The notes beneath the pieces were generated by a model that was not told where the DNA came from, did no database searches, and was given only the letters and a program-made list of their open reading frames with translations. Shown one piece after another: positions 1 to 9,028 of a stretch of DNA of 64,000 bases (position 1 is its first letter; each line of letters opens with the position of its first letter). The position numbers were made by a program, and so were the translations under genes. Source of the stretch: Minisyncoccota bacterium (GTDB lineage Bacteria; Patescibacteriota; Minisyncoccia; Phycocordibacterales; UBA6065); contig DASZXC010000014.1 of NCBI GenBank assembly GCA_035546035.1, positions 1,323 to 65,322 of the forward strand, given 5' to 3'.

Positions 1-3000
1 GAGGCCTGATCTATGTAAAAGCGACCGGTCAGTTCGGAGTAGGCACTTCGACGCCGTTCGGCGCCCTCCAGGTCGCGACTTCGACGAGGCCGCAGATCGT
101 CATCTCTGACCCGACTGCGGGCGTCGATCAGAAGCATTTCTACGCGTCCTCTTCTCAGGGAGCTTTCACCATAGGAGAGGCGAACGATAGCCTTACGACG
201 CTCACGCCCCGCTTGACCATAGACAATGCGGGCAATGTCGGCATCGGTTCGACGAGCCCTGTCGCGACCCTCTCGGTGTCGAGCTCTAACGCCCTTGCCG
301 CTGCCGTCATAGACCAGACCAGCAATGGATCGCTCCTTGCGCTCCGCGCTTCAGGCGTCGACAAATTCGTCGTCGGCAACAATGGCGGGGTCACCATATC
401 GGCAACGACGAACGATATCGTAAAGACGTCTACATCCAAGGGGACGGCGTCGGATTTCACCTTCGATCCGACGGCTATCCTTAACAACGTTACGTCCAAG
501 AACGATACTATCGACCTTAATGACAGCACCTCGACGAATGCCGTTACGAGCGGCGTCGGTTCGGGTATGTTCACCGCATCGGCGACGACGACCCCGACGG
601 CTATGGGAGCGGGCGGCGAAGTCATACTCCGTGACGATGGCCAGTACGTCGTTATCCACGGCGGCGGAACCGCGGTATCAGTCTGGGACGGCTATTCGAG
701 CACGATGACTCCGCTCGGCACCACGCTTACCGCCAATGCCGGAGCCGGATCGATCGCGCTCCATCGCCCTGACGGCCGCTACCTTGTTATCCATGCCGGC
801 GGCGTTAACACGACTACGCTCATCGATCCGTACGGCCGCATCCAGGCGATGCCCGGACCGACCGTCACCGGATGCTCCGCTCCGAACACGGGCACGAACG
901 CTTTCCAGCGCCCTGACGGCAAATATTTCGTCATGTGCGGAGGCTCGGTGAACACCTCCGTATACGACCCGACGGCGAATACTTTTACTTCTGGTCCCGT
1001 GCTCACGACCGATACGTTCGGCGCGGGCGCGCACTCCATCCAGCGCGATAACGGCACGTTCCTCGTCATCGTGGGAGGCGGAACGGCGAACTATCTCTAT
1101 AATCCGAACTTGGGAACTACGGGAGCATTCACGGTTAAGAACCCTATATCCGGTTTCCCGGCGGTCGCTGCGGGCGCGTTCTCGATACGAAAGGGCGACG
1201 GACGGTTTATCCTGTTGCCGGGCGCTATAAGCACCGCATATATCTATGATCCTGCAGAGACCGCATCGACGACCAATGCCGCTGCAGGAACCATATCGTC
1301 CCTCGGCACCGGACCGACCGTCGCGCTCAAGGACGGCGCGCAGGCTATATGGAGGACGGGCGGAACATACCTTCTCCTGATCGGATCCACCTCCGGCGTG
1401 ACGAACATCATCGATCCTACCGCCTCGATCGGAAGCATGTTCACGGCAGGACAGAGTCTTCCAGCGGGCGGAACCTTGAACGTAGGCGCCACGGCGTTCA
1501 TAAGGCCTAACGGCCACTATGCGATCGTAGGCGCCGGCGCGTCAGCATCGGCCGTCACGGACTATGACTTCGGCTATGTCATCGGCGGAACCGGCTCGTC
1601 GCCGGAACTTTCGGCGAGCTATGAAACCGAATGTATGTCGGCGCCGGGCCTTAACACCCAATCTACCCTGACGTGGCATACGGCGAACGAAGGAACCTAT
1701 ACGTTCATGGTCAAAACGGGCACGGGATCGTGCTCCGGCACGTACCATACGGTCGAGTCTAGCGGTGACCCCGTGCGTCCTGATAACACCACTGACAATC
1801 GCGTTCAGGTCAAGGTGTATCTGCAGCGCGACCTGCCGAAATTCAACGACCAGGAGTGGAATATCCGAAAGACGGGCCAGACGCGATATAGCAGGAACAC
1901 CATAGATCCTACGATCTACGATTTCACTATCAATAACGGAGCGCTCTATAAGAAGAGCTTCATCGATTTCGCAAGCAATTCGTTCTCGACGAGCTCTGCT
2001 ACCTCGACGATACCGATAACGGTCAATCTACAGGTAAAGACGGATGGCATCGGGCTAGCCTATTCTCAAGTCTCGAATCCTGAATATAACGGAACCGTGA
2101 ACGCAACAGATGCGGCGAATTTCAATGCGGCGTTCGCGACTTCGACACCTCTCCTCTACGGAATCTCGTCTTCTACCCTCGTTATGAAGCGCCCTGACGG
2201 CACATTTGTGATCATCGCGGGCTCTTCGACACCGTCTTCCATAGTGCCGGCCCAGCTCTATAATCCTGCGACCAAGGCTATAACCAGCTTGGGAACCGGT
2301 CCGACTACAAACATAGGTCTCGGTGCTCTTGCAGTAAAGCGCCCTGACGGCAAGTTCCTCATTGTCATAGGCAACTCGACTGGTAACAGCACGGCCGGGA
2401 CAGGAACCACGACGACGAACATATATGATCCCGTGACGAATACGTTCACGTATGGCCCGCCTCTTACTGGCAATGCTGGCCGCGGCGCGCTCGTCATACC
2501 TTTGCCGACGGGCAAATATCTTATCGTTCACGGAAGCTTTACCACGGGCACCTCGATCTATGACCCGCTTCAGAACAGCACTATCCAAGGTCCCGTGACC
2601 CAGAACGTCGTCGGCGGAGGATCTATGGCACTTTCGCGCCCTGACGGGACCTATCTCCTCATTCCAGGTACGACGAACGAGACCTGTACCCCGACTACGG
2701 CGACGAACCTCTTCGACCCTAATCAGATGCAGTTCCGCGCGAACCCTAACATCACTGTAGTGACCGGTACGGGTCCGGGCGCGACGGCCATTCAGAGGGG
2801 CGATGGCATGTGGCTCATCATAAAGGGCGGCGCCACGGCCTCTACGTGCGCGTTCATATCGACCACTAACATATATAATCCGATCACGAACCGCATGATC
2901 GTCGGGCCGACGCTCGCCGCGACCCTGCCAACAGGAGGATTGAAGCCCGAAGGAACGTTCGCTATTCCGATGACCCAGGACGGATCATGGCTCGTCATGA

Positions 3001-5402
3001 TCGGCTCGGCCTCTACGACCAAGTCGCAGATATATGTCGAAAAGGCCGGCGTCGAGCAGGGAGTGACCGAAGATCTGCCTACGGGTGGAGCGCAGGGTAT
3101 CTTCTATCCGACGACGGGAAATGGCCCGAGCGCGATCGCGACCTCCACTTTGCTTACTACGCCGGGAGGCTTCGGCCAGTATCTCGGCGTAGGACCGGGC
3201 GCCATCGCATTCCAGCGTCCCGACGGCAAGTTCCTTCTTATAGACGGTTCGGCATCCACGACCGCCTCATCTACGGTCACGCACGAAGTCGATACGGGAT
3301 GGGTATCGAGCGGTCTCTATAAGACCGAACAGATGCTCATTTCGGACCTCGATTCGAGTTCCGTCCTCAGTTGGAAGATAAGCCCGAGCTATGCCGGAGT
3401 CTCGGCGGAAGTAAAGACCGCAGCCACCCAGACCGATCTTCAGGACGCGCCGACAAGGTCGATAGACAAGCCGGGCGAAAAGATCAATCCGGGCATAGGC
3501 GAGAAGTGGATACAGGTAACGTTTAATTTCAAGCGCGATTTCCCTTCATATACAGGCGTCTATCAGGATGTCTGGTATAACGGCTCGACCCCTGTATCCA
3601 CCCAGCGAACGGTCACCCAACCCGTCTTGAGCGAGATCGCAGTCACCAAGGATATAGATTTCCTTAACCTCCAGGCCGACGGCGCTACGATGCTCCGCAT
3701 CACGTCGAATGGCAACATATACAGCGCCGACGGGGCGACTATAAATACCTCGGGCGCCGACCTCGCCGAGCGATATACGTCGCAGGTCCCTCTGGAGAAC
3801 GGCACCGTTGTGGCTATCGATCCGCAGAACAATCACGGCGTTATGCCGACGACGTACCAGTATCAGCCTGACGCTCTCGGCGTCGTGTCCACCGATCCGG
3901 GCTTTGTTGCCGGCGCGTATACCAAAGACTCGTATCCGATCGCTCTCATAGGCCGCGTGCCGGTCAAAGTGTCGACCGAGAACGGCATCATTCGTACGGG
4001 TGACAAGCTTACGCCTTCGAGCGTTCCCGGATATGCCATGAAGGCGACTCTTGCCGGCCATGTCATCGGTCACGCGCTCGAATCCTTCGATCCGTCAAAG
4101 GCCCAGGATTGTCCTGCGGGTGGTACGGCGGCGAATCGTCAGTGCGGCACGATCATGATGTTCGTGAATCTCGTCGACTATCTCGGCGCATCCATAGACG
4201 ATGCCATCGCCCTGAACGGCGTCGTCCCTGGAAACTCTATCGCGATCGCTGACGGGGAAGCTACCGATACGGAAGACATGGCCGCCGATGCGACGACTAC
4301 CTCGGCGCGATCGAGCGCCTCGCGCAGCCAGCAGATACTCGCGTACCTCGACGGCCTCAAGATGTCGCGCGCAGACCAGGCCGCGGCTCGTTCGGAATTG
4401 TTCGCCGATAAGATAAGCGCGGTCTCCGAGATCATATCTCCGACCATCACGACCCATCTCATGCACGCTGATTCGATCGAGGGATTGGCCACACTCGCGG
4501 TCGATTCTATAAAAGCAGATACCGTCAAGGCGCGCGATATAGAGGCGGACGCATTCACTGCCCGCGGGCTTAATATATTCAAGACCTCTCTTATTGCCGC
4601 GGTCGCAGGCATAGACGCTTCGTCTACTGACGCCTCGACGACGCTTGGATACGCGTCCACGACGACCCTTTCCGTCATGCTCGACGAGCTCGGCAACGGC
4701 TTCTTCGCGGGAGGCGTCAGCGCGCAGAGCCTCACGGCAGAAGGCCTCTCTGTAGCGACGATCGGGTCCGCTTCGACTACGGTGGACATACTCTCTGACG
4801 CGACGTTCTTCGGCAGGCCGTATTTCACGACCGATACCGGCGGCAGCGCCGTCATCAAGTCAGGCGCCCGGGAAGTTGCCGTCGTCTTCGACCGCGAATA
4901 CATCGAGATGCCGATCGTGAGCGCCACGATCGCCCTTGAGGCCGCATCGTCGAGTCAGGACCTCGGAGACGCGATCTTTGACCAGGACATCCGCTATATC
5001 GTTGCGCGCAAGAGCGCCACGGGCTTCACGATACGCCTCAATAAGCCGGCTCCGGGCGACATAGGATTCAGCTGGATAGCCCTTGCGGTAAAGAACGCCA
5101 AGCTCTTTACATCCCGCGACGAGAGCGCGCCGGTACAAGAGCGGGTTCCGGAGCCGCTACAGGCGGGAGTGTCGGACGACGGGCAGACCGGCATAAGCGG
5201 TTCGACTATTACCGAAGCGCCTCCGCCGATAGACCTCACGACGCCTACGACGACTCCGGCGGCGGAAGGGGCGGGACTCGGTGAGAGTGCCGGAACGACG
5301 ACTGCTTCGACGACCGACGATATTCCTGTTACGCTTCAGCCGAGCGGTGGGCCGCCGCCGACCGATCCCGGCGAGAGCGCCTCATCCTTTCCGCAGCCAT
5401 GA
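1..5402 (+). CDS. Giant secreted/cell-surface repeat protein, 5'-truncated at window edge (C-terminal ~1,800 aa present)
   Basis: ORF 213..5402 stays open in the same frame back to position 3, so the gene starts upstream of the window. It has about 20 tandem 45-50 aa repeats with RPDG(K/T)(F/Y)L(V/I)I.GG ... IYDP motifs (beta-propeller-like). The N-terminal part visible carries a TIDNAGNVGIGSTSP beta-helix-type motif. The tail is Pro/Thr-rich. Stop TGA at 5400-5402 overlaps the next start (ATGA). Confidence 0.8.
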   Translation, partial: GLIYVKATGQFGVGTSTPFGALQVATSTRPQIVISDPTAGVDQKHFYASSSQGAFTIGEANDSLTTLTPRLTIDNAGNVGIGSTSPVATLSVSSSNALAAAVIDQTSNGSLLALRASGVDKFVVGNNGGVTISATTNDIVKTSTSKGTASDFTFDPTAILNNVTSKNDTIDLNDSTSTNAVTSGVGSGMFTASATTTPTAMGAGGEVILRDDGQYVVIHGGGTAVSVWDGYSSTMTPLGTTLTANAGAGSIALHRPDGRYLVIHAGGVNTTTLIDPYGRIQAMPGPTVTGCSAPNTGTNAFQRPDGKYFVMCGGSVNTSVYDPTANTFTSGPVLTTDTFGAGAHSIQRDNGTFLVIVGGGTANYLYNPNLGTTGAFTVKNPISGFPAVAAGAFSIRKGDGRFILLPGAISTAYIYDPAETASTTNAAAGTISSLGTGPTVALKDGAQAIWRTGGTYLLLIGSTSGVTNIIDPTASIGSMFTAGQSLPAGGTLNVGATAFIRPNGHYAIVGAGASASAVTDYDFGYVIGGTGSSPELSASYETECMSAPGLNTQSTLTWHTANEGTYTFMVKTGTGSCSGTYHTVESSGDPVRPDNTTDNRVQVKVYLQRDLPKFNDQEWNIRKTGQTRYSRNTIDPTIYDFTINNGALYKKSFIDFASNSFSTSSATSTIPITVNLQVKTDGIGLAYSQVSNPEYNGTVNATDAANFNAAFATSTPLLYGISSSTLVMKRPDGTFVIIAGSSTPSSIVPAQLYNPATKAITSLGTGPTTNIGLGALAVKRPDGKFLIVIGNSTGNSTAGTGTTTTNIYDPVTNTFTYGPPLTGNAGRGALVIPLPTGKYLIVHGSFTTGTSIYDPLQNSTIQGPVTQNVVGGGSMALSRPDGTYLLIPGTTNETCTPTTATNLFDPNQMQFRANPNITVVTGTGPGATAIQRGDGMWLIIKGGATASTCAFISTTNIYNPITNRMIVGPTLAATLPTGGLKPEGTFAIPMTQDGSWLVMIGSASTTKSQIYVEKAGVEQGVTEDLPTGGAQGIFYPTTGNGPSAIATSTLLTTPGGFGQYLGVGPGAIAFQRPDGKFLLIDGSASTTASSTVTHEVDTGWVSSGLYKTEQMLISDLDSSSVLSWKISPSYAGVSAEVKTAATQTDLQDAPTRSIDKPGEKINPGIGEKWIQVTFNFKRDFPSYTGVYQDVWYNGSTPVSTQRTVTQPVLSEIAVTKDIDFLNLQADGATMLRITSNGNIYSADGATINTSGADLAERYTSQVPLENGTVVAIDPQNNHGVMPTTYQYQPDALGVVSTDPGFVAGAYTKDSYPIALIGRVPVKVSTENGIIRTGDKLTPSSVPGYAMKATLAGHVIGHALESFDPSKAQDCPAGGTAANRQCGTIMMFVNLVDYLGASIDDAIALNGVVPGNSIAIADGEATDTEDMAADATTTSARSSASRSQQILAYLDGLKMSRADQAAARSELFADKISAVSEIISPTITTHLMHADSIEGLATLAVDSIKADTVKARDIEADAFTARGLNIFKTSLIAAVAGIDASSTDASTTLGYASTTTLSVMLDELGNGFFAGGVSAQSLTAEGLSVATIGSASTTVDILSDATFFGRPYFTTDTGGSAVIKSGAREVAVVFDREYIEMPIVSATIALEAASSSQDLGDAIFDQDIRYIVARKSATGFTIRLNKPAPGDIGFSWIALAVKNAKLFTSRDESAPVQERVPEPLQAGVSDDGQTGISGSTITEAPPPIDLTTPTTTPAAEGAGLGESAGTTTASTTDDIPVTLQPSGGPPPTDPGESASSFPQP

Positions 5403-6394
5403 CTCTCCTTAAGAAACCAGCAGCCGTCGTCATATGCCTCGCCGCGCTCGCTCTCGGCTTCGCGGCCGGCAGGTATTCGATCGCTTCCGACGTGGCATCT
5501 CCTGATACCGACGTCATCGAGCGCAATACCAGGTACAGGTTCATCAGCCCTCTCCTCGAATGCGGAGACTACCAGGCGAGCAATCTCATGAACGGCGATG
5601 CGGCGGAGATCACCGAGGAGCTCAATGCATTCATAGAGAGGCAAAAAGCCAAAGACGCCGCCGAAGATGTCGCAGTCTATTTCCGTGACCTCAACAATGG
5701 CCCTTACGTGAACATAAACAGCTCTTATAGATTCGCCCCCGGAAGCCTTCTCAAGGTGCCGACGGCGATCGCCCTCTATAAGCAGGCGGAGAATGACCCT
5801 TCGATCCTTCTGAGACCCGCGACTCTGAAAGAGGGTGACGATAATTTCGATGGCATGCAGAATTTCGTTCCGCCGGAGCATATAGAAAGAGGGAAGGCGT
5901 ATACCCTCGAAGAGCTTGCCCGCTATATGCTTGTCTATTCGGAGAACAATGCCGCATATCTCATCATCAATTCGGTGAATACACCGGCGCTCCTCGCGTC
6001 ATACAGCGATCTGGGCATAGAAGCGCCGTCTCCCGAGGGCTATTCGATCAATGTCCGGGATTTCGGGTCGTTCTTCCGCGTGCTCTATAACGCGTCGTAT
6101 TTGAGCCAAGATGACTCCGAGCGCGTCCTTTCGCTCCTTTCAGAGACGTTCTTTACCGACGGACTCGCGAAAGGCGTCCCGAAAGGCGTCGTCGTGTCGC
6201 ATAAGTTCGGTGAAAGGACTACCGATGACGGTATGCGCGAGCTCCATGATTGCGGCGTCGTGTATAAGCCCGGCCAGCCCTACGTTCTCTGCATAATGAG
6301 TCGCGGAAAGAGCTTTGCGGGCCTCTCTGATACCATCTCCGGCATATCTTCGATCGTGTATGGCACCCTTCTTAAAAACAACCGGTCGTTTTGA
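5399..6394 (+). CDS. Class A beta-lactamase-fold serine hydrolase (PenP-like), N-terminal membrane anchor
   Basis: Motifs in order are S-L-L-K (SxxK), S-E-N (SDN-like) and H-K-F-G (KTG-like). There is an N-terminal hydrophobic segment. A paralog lies at 31041..32048. Confidence 0.75.
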   Translation: MTLLKKPAAVVICLAALALGFAAGRYSIASDVASPDTDVIERNTRYRFISPLLECGDYQASNLMNGDAAEITEELNAFIERQKAKDAAEDVAVYFRDLNNGPYVNINSSYRFAPGSLLKVPTAIALYKQAENDPSILLRPATLKEGDDNFDGMQNFVPPEHIERGKAYTLEELARYMLVYSENNAAYLIINSVNTPALLASYSDLGIEAPSPEGYSINVRDFGSFFRVLYNASYLSQDDSERVLSLLSETFFTDGLAKGVPKGVVVSHKFGERTTDDGMRELHDCGVVYKPGQPYVLCIMSRGKSFAGLSDTISGISSIVYGTLLKNNRSF

Positions 6395-6407
6395 TATACT
6401 TCTCATT

Positions 6408-6803
6408 ATGAACACCCTTAAGCAGACGCCTAAACCTGTCCAGATAGCCCTTATTTGCCTCATTGTCATTATCGTCGCCTCTCTCTCTTACGCCGCGCGC
6501 CTTCAGCACAGGGTCGCCGCTCTTGAAAATCCGAATCTCGTCGCCGATGCCGAGATCAAAGGGCTCGTGTCGAAGATCGGCCGATACATCGTGCTTCCCG
6601 CCGACGAGACGCCGACCCTCGCGACGGTATCCGATCCGGCGAGGCTCAAGGATCAGCCTTTCTTCGCCAATGCCGTCGTAGGCGACAAGGTCCTCATATA
6701 TACCAATTCCAGGAAGGCCATTCTCTGGAGGCCGTCTCTCGACAAGATCATAGAGGTCTCTCCCTTGAACGTACCTCCGCCGGCTTCCTCGGGATCGAAA
6801 TAG
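6408..6803 (+). CDS. Hypothetical membrane-anchored protein
   Basis: ATG at 6408 lies 13 nt after the upstream stop. There is one N-terminal TM segment (IALICLIVIIVASLSYA). The listed ORF start at 6315 would overlap the upstream gene. Confidence 0.5.
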   Translation: MNTLKQTPKPVQIALICLIVIIVASLSYAARLQHRVAALENPNLVADAEIKGLVSKIGRYIVLPADETPTLATVSDPARLKDQPFFANAVVGDKVLIYTNSRKAILWRPSLDKIIEVSPLNVPPPASSGSK

Positions 6804-6813
6804 GATAAAGGCC

Positions 6814-8148
6814 ATGCGCGCTTCTCGAAGCATCGCGGCTCTCAGTCTCCTTATGCTCACGGGCGCCTTTTCCGCCGTCTCGGCTCAGGAATATTCGTCG
6901 GTGAGCTATCGTTCGTCGAATCCTGTCATATTTCCGGCAGGCTACGGCACGTCGCCGTCGTTCGGCCTGTCGGGCGTCGTGTCGCAGGCGGCGATCGGGC
7001 CTTCGGATAGTGCTTCATACGGACTGTTCAGCGGTTTCGAATATTTTCCTCTCGTATCCACGCCGATCGTGGCCGCGACGCCTGACACGGCGGCGGTGAA
7101 CCTGTCCTGGACGGCGTCTGAAGCATCGAACGGATTGAATGTGACGAGCTATTCGGTCGGGCAATCGGTCTCTCCGGGCGGTCCATATACGATGTTTAGC
7201 CTGGGCAACGCGCTCTCTTCCTCCCAGTCGGGGCTCGCTCCGGGCATTCGCTACTACTTCATCATCAAAGTTTTCGACGCCCTCGGCAACCAGATAGCGA
7301 CGTCTACCGAGGTCTCTGCCATTCCTACCGCTCCTTCGACGACGGGCGGAGGGTCGAGCGGAGGCGGCAGTGGAGGTGGTGGCGGGGGCGGCGGAACAGG
7401 ATATACAAGCCCTTCGGGAAGCGGGTCAGGCGTCAATTTTTCGGGCCGGGCATATCCGAAAAGCACCGTCACGATCCTCAAGGACGCAACGGTTATCACG
7501 ACGACGGTCGCCGACGCGACGGCTAATTTCAAGGTGTCGGTCTCGAACCTGGGTCCGGGGAATTACTTTTTCTCCGTCTATAGCGAAGACGATCAGGGCC
7601 GCAGATCGAGCCTTCTCACATTCCCCGCGAGCGTCACGTCGGGCGTGACGACCAATATTGGAGGCATATTCATAACGCCGACGATTGCCCTCGATAAGTC
7701 GGAGGTCAAGCGCGGCGACGACATCGCTATATTTGGTCAGACGGCGCAGAAGGGTAATGTCACCATACAGGTCAATTCGGACCAGACGATGTTCGTGACG
7801 ACGGATTCGGACGCAGGCGGCGTGTATCTGTATAACTTCGATACGACGCCCCTGGAATTGGGCGATCACAGCGCTAAATCTAAGACATCGGTAGGGAATG
7901 AGATCACGGCCTACAGCGCGGCCGTCGGGTTCATCGTAGGCACTCAGAATGTCCTGGCGGCTGCGCCTACCAAGGCCTGCAACGTGCGCGGTAACCTCAA
8001 CGCCGACTGCAAGGTCAACCTCGTCGACTATTCGATCCTCGCATATTGGTTCAAGAGGCCGAACCCTCCGAAGAACGTGGATTTGAACGGCGACGGCAAG
8101 GTGGATCTCATAGACTTCTCGATATTGGCGTATAACTGGACCGGATAA
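6814..8148 (+). CDS. Secreted FN3/Ig-like protein with C-terminal dockerin (two Ca-binding repeats)
   Basis: Signal peptide ends ...SAVSA-QE. An FN3-like segment (NLSWTASEASNGLNVTSYSV) is followed by a Gly-rich linker (GGGSSGGGSGGGGGGGG) and Ig-like domains. The C-terminus reads NLNADCKVNLVDYSILAYWF ... VDLNGDGKVDLIDFSILAYNW, a duplicated dockerin motif. AAAGG RBS lies upstream. Confidence 0.75.
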   Translation: MRASRSIAALSLLMLTGAFSAVSAQEYSSVSYRSSNPVIFPAGYGTSPSFGLSGVVSQAAIGPSDSASYGLFSGFEYFPLVSTPIVAATPDTAAVNLSWTASEASNGLNVTSYSVGQSVSPGGPYTMFSLGNALSSSQSGLAPGIRYYFIIKVFDALGNQIATSTEVSAIPTAPSTTGGGSSGGGSGGGGGGGGTGYTSPSGSGSGVNFSGRAYPKSTVTILKDATVITTTVADATANFKVSVSNLGPGNYFFSVYSEDDQGRRSSLLTFPASVTSGVTTNIGGIFITPTIALDKSEVKRGDDIAIFGQTAQKGNVTIQVNSDQTMFVTTDSDAGGVYLYNFDTTPLELGDHSAKSKTSVGNEITAYSAAVGFIVGTQNVLAAAPTKACNVRGNLNADCKVNLVDYSILAYWFKRPNPPKNVDLNGDGKVDLIDFSILAYNWTG

Positions 8149-8149
8149 T

Positions 8150-9028
8150 ATGAAAAAGATATTTTTCACCGCGATGGTCTTGATATTCGCAGCGCCCGCG
8201 CTTGCGGCCGCCGCGGTCGTATCACTCGACGCGCCTAAAACCGCGACCGTGGGCGAAGAGATCCTCGTCCGAGTCCTTCTCGATACCGAGAAAGACAAAG
8301 CGAATGCCGTCTCCGGATCGATCAGCCTTGATCAAGGCGCGCTTTCCGTGCTCCGCACATACGAAGCACAGTCGGCTATAACCGTCTGGATAGAGAAGCC
8401 GACGATCGTCCCTGCGACGCCGGCCAGACCGACTTTCATAGAATTCTCCGGCATCACTCCAGGCGGTTTCCAAGGCAGATTCGAGCTCTTCTCATTCATC
8501 GCGAGATCTTCGAAGGCGGGCATAGCAATGCTCCGGCCATCAGACTTCATCGTCCTTAAGAACAACGGGGAAGGGACAGCGGTCGCGACCCGTTCGACTC
8601 CCGCATCCGTCACCATTCAGGCCGGTTCGAGCACGGCGACCGTGTTGATCGCCGATGCGGTCTCGCCGGAAGGCTTTGCGCCTGTTGTGGCCTCTTCGAA
8701 AGACCTCTTTGACGGCAAGGCCTTCGTATCGTTCTCGGCTACGGACAAGAATACGGGCATAGATCATTATGAATATGCCGTCTCTCGCTTCTTCGCTCCG
8801 AAACCATCGGCCTACATGGTCGTCACCAGTCCTTTGGAACTCGATCAGGCCTCATATTCCAAGCGGATTTTCATAAAAGCCGTGGATAAGGCGGGTAACG
8901 TCCGGATATCCTCAACCTTCGGCCCGCGCTACTGGGAGAGCCTCTCTCTTTGGGGTATACTTATCCTCATACTGGCACTATGCGCTCTTACGTATATAAG
9001 GCGGCGATCTTCCTCTGTGCGGCGATAG
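8150..9028 (+). CDS. Membrane-anchored cohesin-domain protein
   Basis: Signal peptide, then a cohesin-like pattern (TATVGEEILVRVLLD...ANAVSGSISLD...FIEFSGITPGGFQGRFELFSFIA). A second domain carries an ATDKNTGIDHYEY motif. C-terminal TM (WGILILILALCALTYI) plus basic tail. Start is 2 nt after the dockerin gene stop. Confidence 0.65.
   Translation: MKKIFFTAMVLIFAAPALAAAAVVSLDAPKTATVGEEILVRVLLDTEKDKANAVSGSISLDQGALSVLRTYEAQSAITVWIEKPTIVPATPARPTFIEFSGITPGGFQGRFELFSFIARSSKAGIAMLRPSDFIVLKNNGEGTAVATRSTPASVTIQAGSSTATVLIADAVSPEGFAPVVASSKDLFDGKAFVSFSATDKNTGIDHYEYAVSRFFAPKPSAYMVVTSPLELDQASYSKRIFIKAVDKAGNVRISSTFGPRYWESLSLWGILILILALCALTYIRRRSSSVRR

Noticed and set aside
3700-4100. Phage tail-fibre intramolecular chaperone (peptidase S74) domain at C-terminus of giant protein 1..5402
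   Set aside because: I could not find the S-D-x-R-x-K nucleophile/base motif. The resemblance (ADLAERY...) was too vague to support the call without an HMM.
7254-7532. Pro-rich 92-aa - strand ORF
   Set aside because: It is the reverse translation of the Gly-rich linker (GGN codons read as CCN) of the dockerin protein gene.
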